From Lama glama (lineage: Eukaryota): a DNA stretch of 64,000 bases. Position 1 is the stretch's first letter. Each line of letters starts with the position of its first letter. The notes below the pieces were generated by a model. It was not told the origin of the DNA, did not search any database, and saw nothing but the letters and a program-made list of their open reading frames with translations. The stretch lies in assembly GCA_028534125.1 (NCBI GenBank), contig CM052818.1, positions 24,740,001 through 24,804,000 on the forward strand, written 5' to 3'. Below are positions 26,961 to 40,136 of this stretch, piece by piece. The position numbers were made by a program, and so were the translations under genes.

Positions 26961-27659
26961 TCTCCTCTCCTGAGGATCACTTGTTTACCAGGAACTGACA
27001 TCTACCCAAACCAGAAGAAACAAAGGGGAAGTTTTACTAGAAGGACCCAGAGGTGTCTCTCAGAATCCAAGAGGCAAGAAGAGTGGTTGGGCCATAAAAA
27101 GGACTGCAAGTGGGGCCAAGAGGTGATCTGGAACCAGGAAGCAATCTGTTTCTCCATCTTTCTTCCTCCCTCCCCCCTCCTCCTCTTCTTCCCTTCCCGC
27201 CCCGTCCTCTTCTCTGATATGTATCTCTTGAATTTATATACCAACATTCAGGTAGCAGCAATAACTCCCATAAGTATGTGGAAGTCAGAACGACTATAAC
27301 GGTTGGCAGAGTTATATTATCATCTTCACTTAATTTTGAATCAGTTTTATAACCTATGAAATGACATCTACCAGGCTTACATTCATAACCTAACTGGGTC
27401 CACATCCAGGATTTCCTGAGTCTTTTCAACTGCTCCTGCCACATAATACGCTGTCCCCCTTGACCAACTTTATTTTTTAATCAACTGTTAGACTCAGGCA
27501 AGAATTGCTTCCCAGCCTGAAGAGTAAGTCTACTGCTTCTTACACATCTTTTCACAACATACTGCTTTCAATTATTACATTAAATTGAACTTGGCCTTGA
27601 AAATGTTCAAAGAGTATCATAGACAAGGACAGATTTATGACTGTGGTTCCTTCTACCTG

Positions 27660-27795
27660 AGACACTCTTCCCCCTCAGTATATATCTTTTCACCATCTCC
27701 CGCACTAGGATATAAGCTCCATGAGGGAAGTGACTAGAGTAGCACCTGATACAATAAAGATGCATGATAGATAAATACTTGTTGAATGGATAAAC
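27660..27795 (+). mobile_element. L2 3' end
   Basis: cactaggatataagctccatgaggg...ataaatacttgttgaatggat. Confidence 0.65.
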
Positions 27796-28199
27796 AAACC
27801 TCTGTTAGAGTCTTACAGCCCTCCAGGAATTTTGGATCCCCTTATAATAAAAGGAATAACTTTCCTGCAGTCTTTAGTTTTGCTTTGGAAAAACTTTATC
27901 CAACACACGAAATTGAATACAACCTTGAACAAGAGAAGCAGGTGGGATAAATTTCCAAGAACAAGCAAAACCTGCCTAACCCGATAGAAAAGATGAGGGA
28001 AAGAAAGGAAGTAACAGACCCACACTGAGAACAGTAGACAAAGACCTGCGAATGCTTTGGCTTAGCTACCAAAAGGGGACAAAGTAGTAGTGAGTGAGGC
28101 TACCCAGAGAAGAGACTGAGTGTGGGGTACCAGCACCCAGAGTAAAAGTGGGACAGTTAGAGATAGATCAGCAGCTGCCTAATTCCACTGAGAACCTGA

Positions 28200-28743
28200 C
28201 TTAAAACTCTTCTTACAAGTGAAGAAAATCCAAATCCAAAGCAACTACAAAGGCCAACTTACAAGTTTCAAGCACAGCTTTGAGCAGGGCTCAAGTGATG
28301 CGACCCGAGCCCAATTTCTCTCCTCTCTCTTTTTCTGCCTTGGTTTCATCTTCAAACAGGCTTTCGTCTTGGGACTGCAAGAGACTGCAGCATTTCTAGC
28401 CTATAACGTTCCAATTTCAAGTTTAGCAGAAAAGAATGAATTGGCTTCAGTGATCGCACAAGCCAATGTCCCAGAACTGGGTCTCATTAACTCCAATTGG
28501 CCAGATCTGGATCAGATGTCCATCTCTAACCCAACCACTTTGGCTAGGAGAATGGGATGTTTTGACTGACTTATGCCCAGGTCTCAGGCTCCATTGTCAA
28601 AATCAAATATGGAGTCAAATTCCCCTGAAATGCATAGACTAAGAGTAGGTAGAGAGACTATTAAGATATATTTGGACTACTAAGATATGTTTCCTAAGAA
28701 GGGAAGTAAATGCTAGAGGCAAAAACAACTAGTGTCTACTCCA
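28200..28743 (-). mobile_element. Old MaLR LTR (MLT1J/K-like)
   Basis: ggtttcatcttcaaacaggct...tggccagatctggatcagatgtccatctctaacccaaccact...gtgtctactcca. Confidence 0.6.
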
Positions 28744-29254
28744 CTTTCCAGATAAGCGCAAGTGTGGCTTTTATCCTGGTTGGCCAAGAGTACACTTTGA
28801 CTGCATTTTCGGAATCCCTCAAAGGTCAGAGGTGGTATGGATCTGGGAAACAGACAAACAATATTTATATTTGCCACATGACCTAAAGCAAGTTATTTAA
28901 CTTCTCTGATCCTCAATTTCTTGTTTATAATATAGTGATAATTAATTCCTCATAGAATTTTTAGGACGGCTTAAATAATTTATATAAATTTCTTAGCTCA
29001 ATGACTGACTAGCGAATCCCAAAAAAGAAAGCTATAAGGAGACAGTAATCAAGATGGTGGTATTCAGAGTTGCATCACCAGCAGTAGGACCTCGGTTATT
29101 AGCCTGTTTCTCTATTCCAGCACGCTCAGCACACTCAGCGAGGCAGTCAGCCTGAAGGTGCAGCAGCCGCCCTAATCCACGTGTTCCACCTTCCCTTGAT
29201 TGACCACCTCATCTCTATGGGGGTGAGAGTTCATTAGCCTCACTCTTTTGAGAT

Positions 29255-29515
29255 TTTTTTTTAATCTTTTTTTTATTACATGAGATTTTATTTTTTTAAC
29301 TTTTTTAAATTGAGTTACAGTCGTTTTACAATGTTGTGTCAAATTCCAGTGTAGAGCACAATTTTTCAGTTAGACATGAACATACATATATTCATTGTCA
29401 CATTTTTCTTGCTGTGAGCTACCACAAGATCTTGTATATATTCCCCTGTGCTATACAGTATAATCTTGTTTATTTATTCTACATTTTGAAATCCCAGTCT
29501 GTCCCTTCCCACCTC
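29255..29515 (-). mobile_element. Young camelid-type L1 3' end
   Basis: T-rich tail followed by attgagttacagtcgttttacaatgttgtgtcaaattccagtgtagagcac...ttcccctgtgctatacagta. Confidence 0.85.
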
Positions 29516-32500
29516 CTGATCTCTTAATATACGTTAAAGCAAAAACATCGTCATCTCTCTCCCAGAAGATTAAAGATTATCTAGTTCTACCTTTAAGAAG
29601 TCAGAACTTCATTACTGTAAAAAGAAAACAAACACCAAACCCCTGTGGGAAGCTTGTCAAACACTAAAGAGCCCTATTTAAAACAAGCACATTTTGCCTC
29701 CGTGTCACTCTCTCTGCATCTACAATTTTAGAACTCTCTATAAAAATCCCTTTTATTGGGCCATAGAAACATTCAGTTTACCTCCTCCCCATGCCCTCTG
29801 TTGGTAGGGCTTAATGAAGATGGTTCGTCAACAGAAATGGCCAAACTCTCAATGTTTCACAGCACCTTCCCTGGGTCTAGAAAAATGGATCTTTCATTTT
29901 GAAAATGTAAAGTCTTCCTTTCTGTTTCTCTTTGAACATGCTGCCTAAACTTCAGGCTCTCAATGACACTGGGAAGGACTTGTTCAGACCATTAGATGGA
30001 AGACAGTATTTCTCTGTACATTTTAATGGATCAGTATTTCTAATGCTTTCTCTGTGTCCTTTCTTTGCCTTTCACTATCACCAGCAAATCCTCAGAAGGC
30101 CTCTTGGCACTGTCCGTAATTCAGCTGGTCCTCAGCCAATTTGGTTCTGCCTTAGAATAAATAATAGCTGATTATGGTCACTCTTGTCACACTGTGAGCA
30201 TCTTTTACATCGGAGGAGAAACCCAGTTTTATTATTTGGGTCATAATCTGAAGTATTCTTAGTAGATGCTTTTTTTTGTATTAAACATTTCATAGAAGAA
30301 TTTTAAAGAACACCTTTTTCCCGTGGGACTTCTTTTAAAGCCCAGTTTTCTAACGTCTTCTACAAGTCAGTACATTGGTTACCAGTAGGCCACTCATAAT
30401 ATTAATTACATTCTTTACTTAAGGAAATAAGTAGAGGGCAAGGTGAATTCGGTATTCCAATGTAGACTCAGAAAACTTCAAGTTGCAGGATTCCTTGATA
30501 GCCTTTAAGATATTTTTTCTTCCTCATTTTGTGCTCAGTAGGTATGAGGCCCCCACGCGCAAAAGTTCAAAACCAAAAAAACACCAGTGAGACTAACGGA
30601 AGCTTACCATGCCTTGTCATGAGATGGCTAAAGCCAGCACACACATTCTTTTCTAGTAAACTTAAGAACCCCTGCATGAGATACTCACTTTGTTAAACCT
30701 GTCTGTGTAAGGATTGTTAAAAAAAAAAAAGTCTAAGTTTTGATATTTTCTTCTCTTTAACATAAATAAAACTTCTAGAAGAACTTCCAGACTACACTCT
30801 ATTGGATTAAGGAAGCTAGAACAGAGCATTTTCTTCAGTGATCATCGTGAAAACGCAGTTTCTCAAGCTCAATCTTGCTAACCAGTCGATCTGACAACAC
30901 CAACACCCCCGTCCTTCAGCGACAGCTTGTTTCCCTGGAAGACATCTGCTTTAAGATACCACGAAGTATTCTGTTTAAAACGCAAATCCTATTTATGAAG
31001 TCTGCTTTTCTTTCTCCCACTCCAAGTTTACCTTTCTGCTTTCAAAAGACAAGGATGCATTTTGATTTCTTGGCATTTTCTATCATCTCCCCTTCAGCCA
31101 TACAGTCACTGCCCTTTTATAGAACTTACGATGACAGTGCTTGCTGGGATTTGAAGAAAACCAAAGTCCTGGGATATTAAACAGGGCTTCACTCCACATC
31201 AGAGAACTCGCTCCCAGGCCACCTGTTAGAGTTCCCGTGAGGAGGGAGGACAAGGTCACTAACCACACAGAACTCTCCTGCCGCCTCCATACTACTTGCT
31301 GGCTTTCTTAGCAGCAAGTTCTTGCTCTCTCCATCCTCATGGACGTACAGACAAGAAAAGGCAGCCCTTCATTCATATTGCTCTGGGCCCTGCAAGTTAC
31401 ACCACTGGTCTTGGCCACACTCGTCATCCAAAACCAGACCTCTCAGGTCCAGTCTGGCATCTACAGATTTCTTTCTCTGAAACGGGATGCAATGACTCAG
31501 CACACTTCCCTTTCCTCTCCGGTGCCACCACTGCGTTCTTTATTCCTTGGGCCTGCCACCCTCCCAAGTCGGCTGAATGACCCTTAACGTAGTGGCTCTC
31601 GGCTTCTCAGCTGACACCAATGATGCCATTTTTCAACTGAAGGTCTTACAGATAATTACCAGGGAAACGAAAGTAATGAACACAGAGGCGGTGAAAAGTT
31701 ACTAACAAAGCAAGTGGCAGACCACTTATACTCCAGCCCACCTGTTTCACTGCTGTGAGTGGGACAAAAGAGCCACCCCCAGCAGCCCTGAAGAGTGAAG
31801 CCGGAAAGAACAGAACCTGCTTGGGTATTCTGTGGCTCACCAGAACCGATGATCCCCAGTTCTCCGGGCCCCTAACTCCCAAGGAAGGGAAACCCTGAAG
31901 CATTTTCTCAGAGGGCAGGACTCCATGAGGACCCAGGAGCAAGTGAGTCAGATCAAGGTCAGAGGATGGGGCCCTCTCCTCTGCGAGATCTGGGCCACAC
32001 CCGTAGGACACATCCTATGGCGAGACCCATTTTGAAGAGAACTCTGGTGCTTCAAGAAGTGAACTTTGCAAAGGTCACACAGCCAAGAAATGAAGGACCT
32101 AAACCCAATCTGCCTGAGACTGGAACCCCTACCCTTGACCCTCTGCTGCACACTCTTCCACGACTCTGGTCTTCTAGTGCAGTTCTGTTTGCCTCCCCAC
32201 TATTCTTCCTAAAGAATTTGTAGCTGCTGTATAAATAAGTGGTGCCAATAGAAACAAGGGGCTGCCCCCCAGCCCTATGCACCAGCAGCTTCCGGCCCCA
32301 GATGCAACTCCGCACTTTGTGGGCAAGAGGCCTAGCCAGTTCTAACTGCCTGGGGAACCAGCCTGGGGACAGGGTGGGGGCCAGGTCAAGGCACACCCTG
32401 TCCACTTTCCAGGGAGTGGTACTCAAGGAGACGGTCCTTACAGGGGAGAGAGGCTTTAGAGAAGAGGACAGTGGTGTGAGGTCACAGCACAGGAGACGCT

Positions 32501-33779
32501 GAAGGGAAGGACCGGGGACATGGCAGCAGTGACACATGGCCATGCAGAGAGGGAAGCCATTTCCAGCAGCTGCCATGAACTGGAAACCACAAAGAAAGGA
32601 AGATCGCTAAATTTTTAGGAAGCCTTGTATATATGGCAGGCTCCCTAAAATACCTCTGCTGCCTTTCTAAAGGAACTTATGGTCTTAACAACAAAAAGTT
32701 CAAGTCTTCTGAAGTTAAATTGTTGTTTCTTTGACACAGTATCAACATGCACTGGACCACGTGAGACTCCAGGATTTCCTCAAGTTACAGAAGACAAATC
32801 AGCACCTTCCAACCATTTCAACTACTTGGGAAATAACCAGAAGTCTCTTTCATGATTCATCCTACCCATGAGTTCTGCCACCAAACTAAAACTCCAGTAA
32901 ACACTAGACCCTTTCTTTTTCCCCCAATCAAAATAAAAAATTTTTAATCCAAAAAATTAGACATTAGAGTTTTTAGACATTAGAGTTTTTAAAAAGCATT
33001 TCAGGAGAAAAGGAAAATTCTAGCAAAACATAATCAGCTCCCTGGAGAGCAGAAAATAACCCATTTATCCAATGACTAGATGTATGGCCTCCAAAATGCT
33101 AAAACTAAGGTTTGATGATGGAGACTTGGCAGGGATGTGGGTTTCCCTAACAGGCATCTGGTTTCCAGGTGAACATTTAGACCCCAGAGGACTCTGGGAG
33201 CATGTACATGTATTCAGAGATAATTAGTCATCATTTAGTGGACTGTTATGCCAATTTTTCACCTCAGTGAAGTCTCTGGTTGAGAGTCCATTAAATTATA
33301 TTTGCTCTTCGGAGCCTGACTTTCTGATCTACAAAGCAGAGAAATGAAATAGTGATACTCACATCGTATCTGGAGATGAAATTAAGGACGTTATGTTCAC
33401 CTTAGCAGGGAATAATTCACCTAGCAAAAAACCCAGGGGAAAAAATGGTAAAATGTCAGAAGTAAAAATTCTGATATCAAGTTAATGTCCAAGATGCTGA
33501 AAAGATGATTGAACTTCGCTAACAAAAATGGGTTTTCTAAACTCATAAGGAAGCCATTCCCTGAAATAGAGCCTGGGTCCAGGCATACAAGACAAGGGGA
33601 ACATTGTTTTCCTTGGACTATAATACAAGCCACTCCAATGCAATCGGATTCTCAAGTAGACAATGAATTCCCATAATTTTTACCCAGATCTTTCCTAAGA
33701 GCCAAAGTTGCATGCGGTCTGTCATAAGATATTTAGGATCCTAAACAACCAACAGTCCCAGTGTCATAATTTTTTCCAC

Positions 33780-34225
33780 TTTTTTTAGTTGGGGTAAAAT
33801 TCACATAAAATACAACGTACAATTCAATGGCATTTAGAATATTCACAATATTGCACAAGATTCACATCTAGTTCCAAGGCACTCTCACTCTAGAAGCAAA
33901 CCCTGTTAAAGGGTATTACTCACTCCCATTCCCCCTTCCCCCATCCCCTGGCATCCACTAGCCTGCTTTCCTCTACAGATTAACCTATTCTGGGTACTTT
34001 ACATAAATTAAATCATATAAATATGCAATCTTTTGTCCCTGGCTGCTTCTGTGTAGCGAAAGATTTTTGAGATGCCTTCATGCTGTAGCATGTATTAGTA
34101 CTTCATTTTTCACAGGTGAGTAACATTCCCACTGTGTAGATAGATCCCATTTTGTTTATCCATTCATCAGGTGATGGACATTTGGGTTGTTTCTACCTTT
34201 TGGCTATCGTAATTGTTGCTATGAG
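33780..34225 (-). mobile_element. Old L1M 3' end
   Basis: ggggtaaaattcacataa..caattcaatggcatttag..ccattcatcaggtgatggacatttgggttgtttctaccttttggcta. Confidence 0.85.
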
Positions 34226-35115
34226 CTGGGGCCCTCTTAAAATAAATACTTTCTTCCTATAAAGCACTTTATCAACCTCAGCAATTTGCATCCAATACCT
34301 TTGATCTTCCCTATTCATTTCTCAGGATTCCTTCTCAGACACAAAATGTATGTTTCAAAAGGTATTAATTGCAAGTCACTCTACCATCACTAAGTGGTAG
34401 GACCCAGGTCCTTTGATTTTTAGTAGAGAGCTCTGGACCCCACACAATGAAGACTTCTAGTCCTTAACACTATCTCCTTTTCATCTGACATCAATTTTCC
34501 TTGGGAAGGTGAGGCCATGAAAACCCATGCTTCAATCTCCATTCCAAACTGTAGCTAGACTAAGTTCCTGGAAAGTTGGGAGTGCTCTTTCTCTTTATAG
34601 TCCAGCACCTGATAGAGTGTCTGTGTAACACAGTGCTGGCACCCCAAAAGGTCTGGAGGGAGCAGGAGGAGAATGATACGAAGGAAGAGACAGAAGAGGG
34701 AAAGGAGGACACACACTAGACAGACTCACGATGTCACGGTTGGGAGAGTATCTGTTCCTTTGAATTCCTGAGACTGTGCCCCTTTTATACCCAATGGGAA
34801 CATGAGTCAGGGGAGCTGTGGACAAAGTCCAGACTGTAGGTAAAAATCAGTGGTGCAAAGTGCTGTGATCAGATGCCTGACGCATCAGCAAAGTTCCTGC
34901 CACAATATCAAGCTCTGTTTTGAAACAATTTCACTACCTAAAAACAAAAACAAAATGAAAACTAAGAGCAGTAGCAAAAAATACTTTCTAAAGGACAGTC
35001 ATTCCATTATCCCACCACCAAGGTTATAATGCCCACACTGCATACTGCGTCCAGGAGAAACAATGGCTCTGGATACGTGGTTCTTCTACCCCGGTAGGCC
35101 CTGGATGTACGATCT

Positions 35116-35117
<2 letters not shown>

Positions 35118-35159
<42 letters not shown>
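35118..35159. repeat. (CA)21 microsatellite
   Basis: Perfect CA repeat. Confidence 0.97.
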
Positions 35160-35162
<3 letters not shown>

Positions 35163-35850
35163 GAGTTTCTAGGACACTGGACAGGTCCTGGAAGATGGAT
35201 TCTGATCCTGGAACTACTCCAGAACCATAAAGCCTCAGAAGCCTGTCCAGTCCATATTCCTAGTCATTTCCCTCTCTCAGAATATGTAAGCAATTATTTT
35301 CCTGCATTGTGCTGGGGTAAGTGGATGGCTGCTCACAGCTGGACGTGATGGGCCTAGGCCCGCCAGCTGAGATGGATGGGAAACTTTTTTCCTTTTAAAG
35401 AGCAAACAAAAACCCAGTGAACAAAAATCAGAGGTTGTTCCCCTATGGTAACAACTTAGTACTTAAAATTTTCTCTTTCCTTTTTCTTGTTGGAACTTTC
35501 CCATTAGTGTTCTCTAATCCTCACAGGGACTGTTTGAAGTAGTCAGTAGTAACCCCATTTCATAGATGGGGAGACTGAGGCTAAGTGTAATTAACTGATC
35601 TATCCAGCTAACAAGCAGCAGACCCACTGCTCTGAATCAGGCCTAATTAAATCTATTGTTCATGATGTGATTTGTTCCCAAACTTGGATATGATCCGATT
35701 CAGGGAAGCGTGTTAAAATACAGATTCCCAAGGATGGAATCGTAGAATCAGTGTTTCTGACAAGCCCCTGGAGCAGTCGGTCTGGGTTCTAACATCCAGA
35801 AACGACTGCCGAGCTGACACTCCAGCCCTGCCGTCTAGAAAGCTCACAGC

Positions 35851-36251
35851 TGACAGGTGTTCACAACGGCCCATTAACTGCCCGCTGACTTGGCCTGACC
35901 AAACTTTAGTCAGGCTTCTCTCCTCCCCGTGGGCCTCTGAACTGTGGCCCCACGAGTGAGCAAGCACTGACGTGCAGAACACTGAGCCCTTGAGAGCCCA
36001 TCCTGGGAACAGGCCCACTACAGCGAGAAACATTTCCTGTCTAACCACCCCCTCCTGCTGTCTGCCCACCCCCTGCTCACTTGCCAGGTTTCCCTTCAGA
36101 AGCCCTGCTTCCCCCTCCCCGTACAAGAACAGGCATTTCCTGGTTGCTTTCGAGACGCCTGTAGATCCTGAGATTTGAGTACGCACCCTATTACAACGGT
36201 CTCTGAATAAAGTTGCTCCTTACCCAAGTCCAGATTTGTTTTCACTTGACA
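35851..36251 (+). mobile_element. ERV1-class solo LTR (MER4-group, MER31/MER67-like)
   Basis: ttggcctgaccaaactttagtcaggcttct motif, AATAAA at 36206-36211, and 3' end aagtccagatttgttttcacttgaCA. The 5' boundary is tentative (imperfect TSD cagc/aagc). Confidence 0.65.
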
Positions 36252-37249
36252 AAGCCTTCAGCCACTGAGTAGGCCTCAAGCTTCACAGAGGCTTCTCCGT
36301 GGGTAAAATAAAACTGCAACACCATTCTGGGTTCTTTCATGTATGGAGCAAACTAGCTGGGAGCCTGACCCCACGGCCAGCCTTGGGTGCCCTCCCAGCT
36401 GGTGTGTGTCTGCGCATGGAGGGCACTTCTGAGCTTAGCTTCAGGGCTCAACTCCTGGCCTCCGAGCATCAGGCCTGGGGGGGGGGGCAGGGCAAGAGGC
36501 TTGATATTTTCTTGTTTTTCTCAAAACTCAAAGAAGATAGAAGTGTCTGCCATGAAATACTTCTCTCCAGAGGTGCACCACGTGCACACAAGCATCCTCC
36601 AGGGATGGTTCACAGATTCGTCACGGCCCCTCCCCTCTCCAAAGAAATCTTGAAAACTGACTATTTTCCTCCAAGGAGCTGCCTCCCCCAGCTTTCCCTC
36701 CACTCCAGGTGGAGACGCGCACACTTTTCATCAACCGTGACTGAGCAAATCTCAACAGCATCAGCTGCCTCCACATGCCCTGCATCTCCTGGCTCAACAC
36801 TTGGCCTTTGCTTTGCAGAACTCTTGCCAGTAAATCACACCCAGGCTCCACAGATGTAAATTTTATGGGAAGAGGAGAATGCCAAAGAATGAAATTAAAA
36901 CATCTTTTTTCTAAACGTAAAATTCCCTCCCACCTCAATTAGAAGGCATTAGGCCATCTTCTAGTCTAAAGCTGAAAATGATTTTGTCTGATAGTTATTT
37001 CCATTAATCATTCCACAAGTATGCCCTATTACACAATTCAATGATGTTGCCAATTTTGTCTTTCAAGCAACAGCAGAAAGAGACACAATCTCTCACTTAT
37101 TACTCTTAGAAAGGATACAAACACGAGAAACGCCACATGTGTAGTGCTACCAGCCCAGCGCTAAAACTTCTGAGAGGTAACAATTTGTCTTTTCTATTCC
37201 TCTAGAAGCTTCACAATAAAAGGTGACCGATAGGTTCACAAAAAGCAGC

Positions 37250-37480
37250 GTGTGTTGGGAAGGAAAACCCAAGAGTGAAAACATCAGGTTTAAATTTCAG
37301 CTCACCACCTGTCTAAGGCAAGTGGGGTCTTATGCCTAAGCTCATTTAACCACTCCAAGTCTTGGTTTCTTGATCTATAAAAGTAGGCATGAATGGCTTA
37401 CAACCCAGCTACCTCGTTCAGTTGAGAAAATGAGGCAATTTGAAAGCACTTTAAAAACAGTAAAGTGTTTTAGAAAAGCA
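37250..37480 (+). mobile_element. MIR SINE
   Basis: ggtttaaatttcagctc..catttaaccactccaagtcttggtttcttgatctataaaa..tgaaagcacttt. Confidence 0.6.
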
Positions 37481-37482
37481 AA

Positions 37483-37850
37483 GCAATAAACAAATACGCA
37501 ATAAACAAATATGCAATGTCATCATTAAAGCCTTTGTCTCATCTCAGCACAACTGCCGTGGACCTTTTACATCTCCAGAGAAAGGCCGACAATTCTCACC
37601 TTTGTAATACAATCCCAAAGTCCTCATGAAGGTTTTTCTCTAAAAAAGGACTGTACAGGCGAATGGCGGTGTTTGTCAATAAACATCAAAGTGCATAATG
37701 TATGCAAATCCTAAGACAAATCTTAGATAATATATACACTAAATGTAAGTACAGCAGCACTGTGCTTGTCTGATGCCTCGTTTGAGCTCTTAAGAGAATT
37801 AAGCAATCCATTTGCATAATTCAGAGCTGGTATAAATAAAGGTACAGATT
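37483..37850. promoter_or_regulatory. Candidate enhancer (octamer, TCF/LEF and FOX motifs)
   Basis: ATGCAAAT 37702-37709, ATTTGCAT 37810-37817, ACATCAAAG 37683-37691, and three AATAAACA. Confidence 0.4.
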
Positions 37851-38289
37851 TTTTTTGTCTCCTAACAGACAAGAAACTTGCAATACTTTTCCCAAACAGA
37901 TCTTATCATAACATCCTGAATATATTCTATTTTTCATGTTGGACCTGCCACGGAGAATTATTGTATTTCCATCACTTTATGGAGAAAGCTCAGAGGCACA
38001 AAACAAACAAATGGGTCAAAAAGAGCTTTTGCGTATCTCTAGTTCAGGGCCTAGAAAGGAAGCTGCAAGCTTCTTTCTTACTCGAGTTTACCTCATGGGG
38101 TGAAGGCGTCTGCAGGGCCGGCGGGGAAAAGGAAGACCTTGTGGAGAGCTGGAGTTCAACCCTGGGACTTCAACAAAACTGTCAGCCCAAAACTTCCAAC
38201 CAGAGCTTAGTGTACCGGGGCCCTTTTCCACCAAATCACACTCACCTTCAGGGATGCTCAGAATGAAGCCTTGGGGCCAGCAGCAGAGA

Positions 38290-38415
38290 CGGGACAGCCT
38301 ACTGAGAGCTGCATGTTCTCCGGACCCACAGAGACAACTAAATGAGAACCTCCGGGGGTGGAGCCCAGCATCGGTTTAACAAGCCCTCCAGGTGATTCTG
38401 ATGCACCATTAAGTC
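38290..38415. mobile_element. MER5A-like MITE fragment
   Basis: ggggtggagcccagcatcggtttaacaagccctccaggtgattctgatgcac. Confidence 0.75.
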
Positions 38416-38575
38416 TGATCTTCTCTGCTTACTCCGGGGTATACTGGAAAATGCAGGGCATCTCCAGTTTTACAATGCTATTCCTAGTGCCTGAAGTGGT
38501 CCTGGGTTCAGTGCCAGCTCCTTTCATTTGCCACTTTTTATCATTTTTATAGTAAGAAAAAAATTTAAGTCATGT

Positions 38576-39125
38576 TGAAACCATGGGTAACCACTAGTCA
38601 AATCCATTTCACCTGCCGACACGAACTCAAGGTCGTTTTAATTGCGACTTGCACGTCTTCCAAGCCTCACATAGCCTAAACAGTAAGTTATTTTCCAGGA
38701 ACTTGGAATCAGCTGTGTCTAGTTTGAGCTGGTTAAGACTGGATAGGACCGCCTCCCCCTCCAACTGGGCATGCGCTTCTGGTCGGTGACCTTTTGACGT
38801 CAGAGGGCAGAAAATTCCGCCCTAAGATCAAGCATTTTTCAATATGCAGAGGCCAGTAGCTTAGTAACCCCTTAGCAGAGGGGAGGTTACTGCATCTTTT
38901 TCCAATTATCTTTCCCCACACTCCCCATGCCCCAGACCACCCTGCTTCTTTATTCTTTATTCTTTATCCTATAAATATCCCAAGCCGGTTTCCTTCCGGT
39001 GGATTTGGGACTGGTTCTCCGTTTCCACCGTGGCTGCCTTGTGAATAAACCCTCTCTTTGCTGTAAACCTCAGTGTCTTAGAGTTTTGGCTTGCTGAGGG
39101 TTGACCAAAACTTGGCTCAGTAACA
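38576..39125 (+). mobile_element. ERV1-class solo LTR (LTR8/MER4-group-like) with perfect 4-bp TSD
   Basis: Termini TGAAACC...GTAACA. ATGT at 38572-38575 and 39126-39129. TATAAA 38970, AATAAA 39044, TGACGTCA 38795. Confidence 0.88.
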
Positions 39126-39474
39126 ATGTGCTTCGGGGGAAAAAAAATTGAAGAGTAAGCAATACAGGACAAATAGAAGACACCTGTGATCCCACACCCC
39201 AGAAATAACCACTCAGGACTCCTGCACTCCACAGCTCCCGGGCTGTGCATCACACAACCCTCATTACATAATGCGGCACTCTTGACCACAATTCATATTT
39301 TTGTGACTATCTTCCAAATACATATATCCTCCAAATTGAATCAATGTGATGGTAACTACCGTTTTAGAAACTGCTTTTTTTTTACTGAAAGGTATGATCA
39401 TGAATATTTTGTCTTTAATGTTTCTAATCAGCCATCTTATTTTTAATGGCAGTGGTCCTTTTATGAATATAAGT

Positions 39475-39730
39475 TATTTTGTTAATTGAAGTACAGTTGC
39501 TGTACAATTATGTATATTATGTAAGGTACAGGTGTACTATCTAGTTATTCACAGTTTTTAAAGGTTAAACTCCATTTATAGATATTATAAAATATTGACT
39601 AGATTCCCCATGTGATACAATATATCCTTGTGGCTTATTTTATACATAATAGTTTGTACCTATTAATCCCCTACCCCACTATAGCCCCTCCCCCTTCCCT
39701 CTCCCTACTAGTAACCACTAACTTGTTCTA
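39475..39730 (-). mobile_element. L1 3' end (laurasiatherian/artiodactyl-type)
   Basis: aattgaagtacagttgctgtacaa..aaaggttaaactccatttata..ccccttccctctccctactagtaaccacta. Confidence 0.85.
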
Positions 39731-40136
39731 TCAGCAGAGTGGTCCTTTTTGTGGATTTACGATAATCTAAGAAATCCCATATTGTTTGATAATTTAGATA
39801 TTTACAATTTGGAACCCTTATAAGTATTACAATAAATAACTTACTGTTTCTTTGTGCTTACCTATGATCGTTTTGTGTGTGTGTGTGTGTGGTACAGTCT
39901 AGGCAGAGAAGTAAAGAATAAGATTTGTTCTCTATTTGTAGAGCTGTGATTCTATTCTTCCCAGCAGCAAGTACTAATCTCTACATTCTGCAATCTTCCT
40001 GCCTTACCTATTTATGCTTGTTCAATAAAATGCATTAGGCTTTCTCTGTCTTTACCACAGAAGCATTCAGTTCAACAAAGAATCTGTAAGACAACACATT
40101 AATTGGTCTTGATGTTGCTGTGTTAAACAGAATTAA

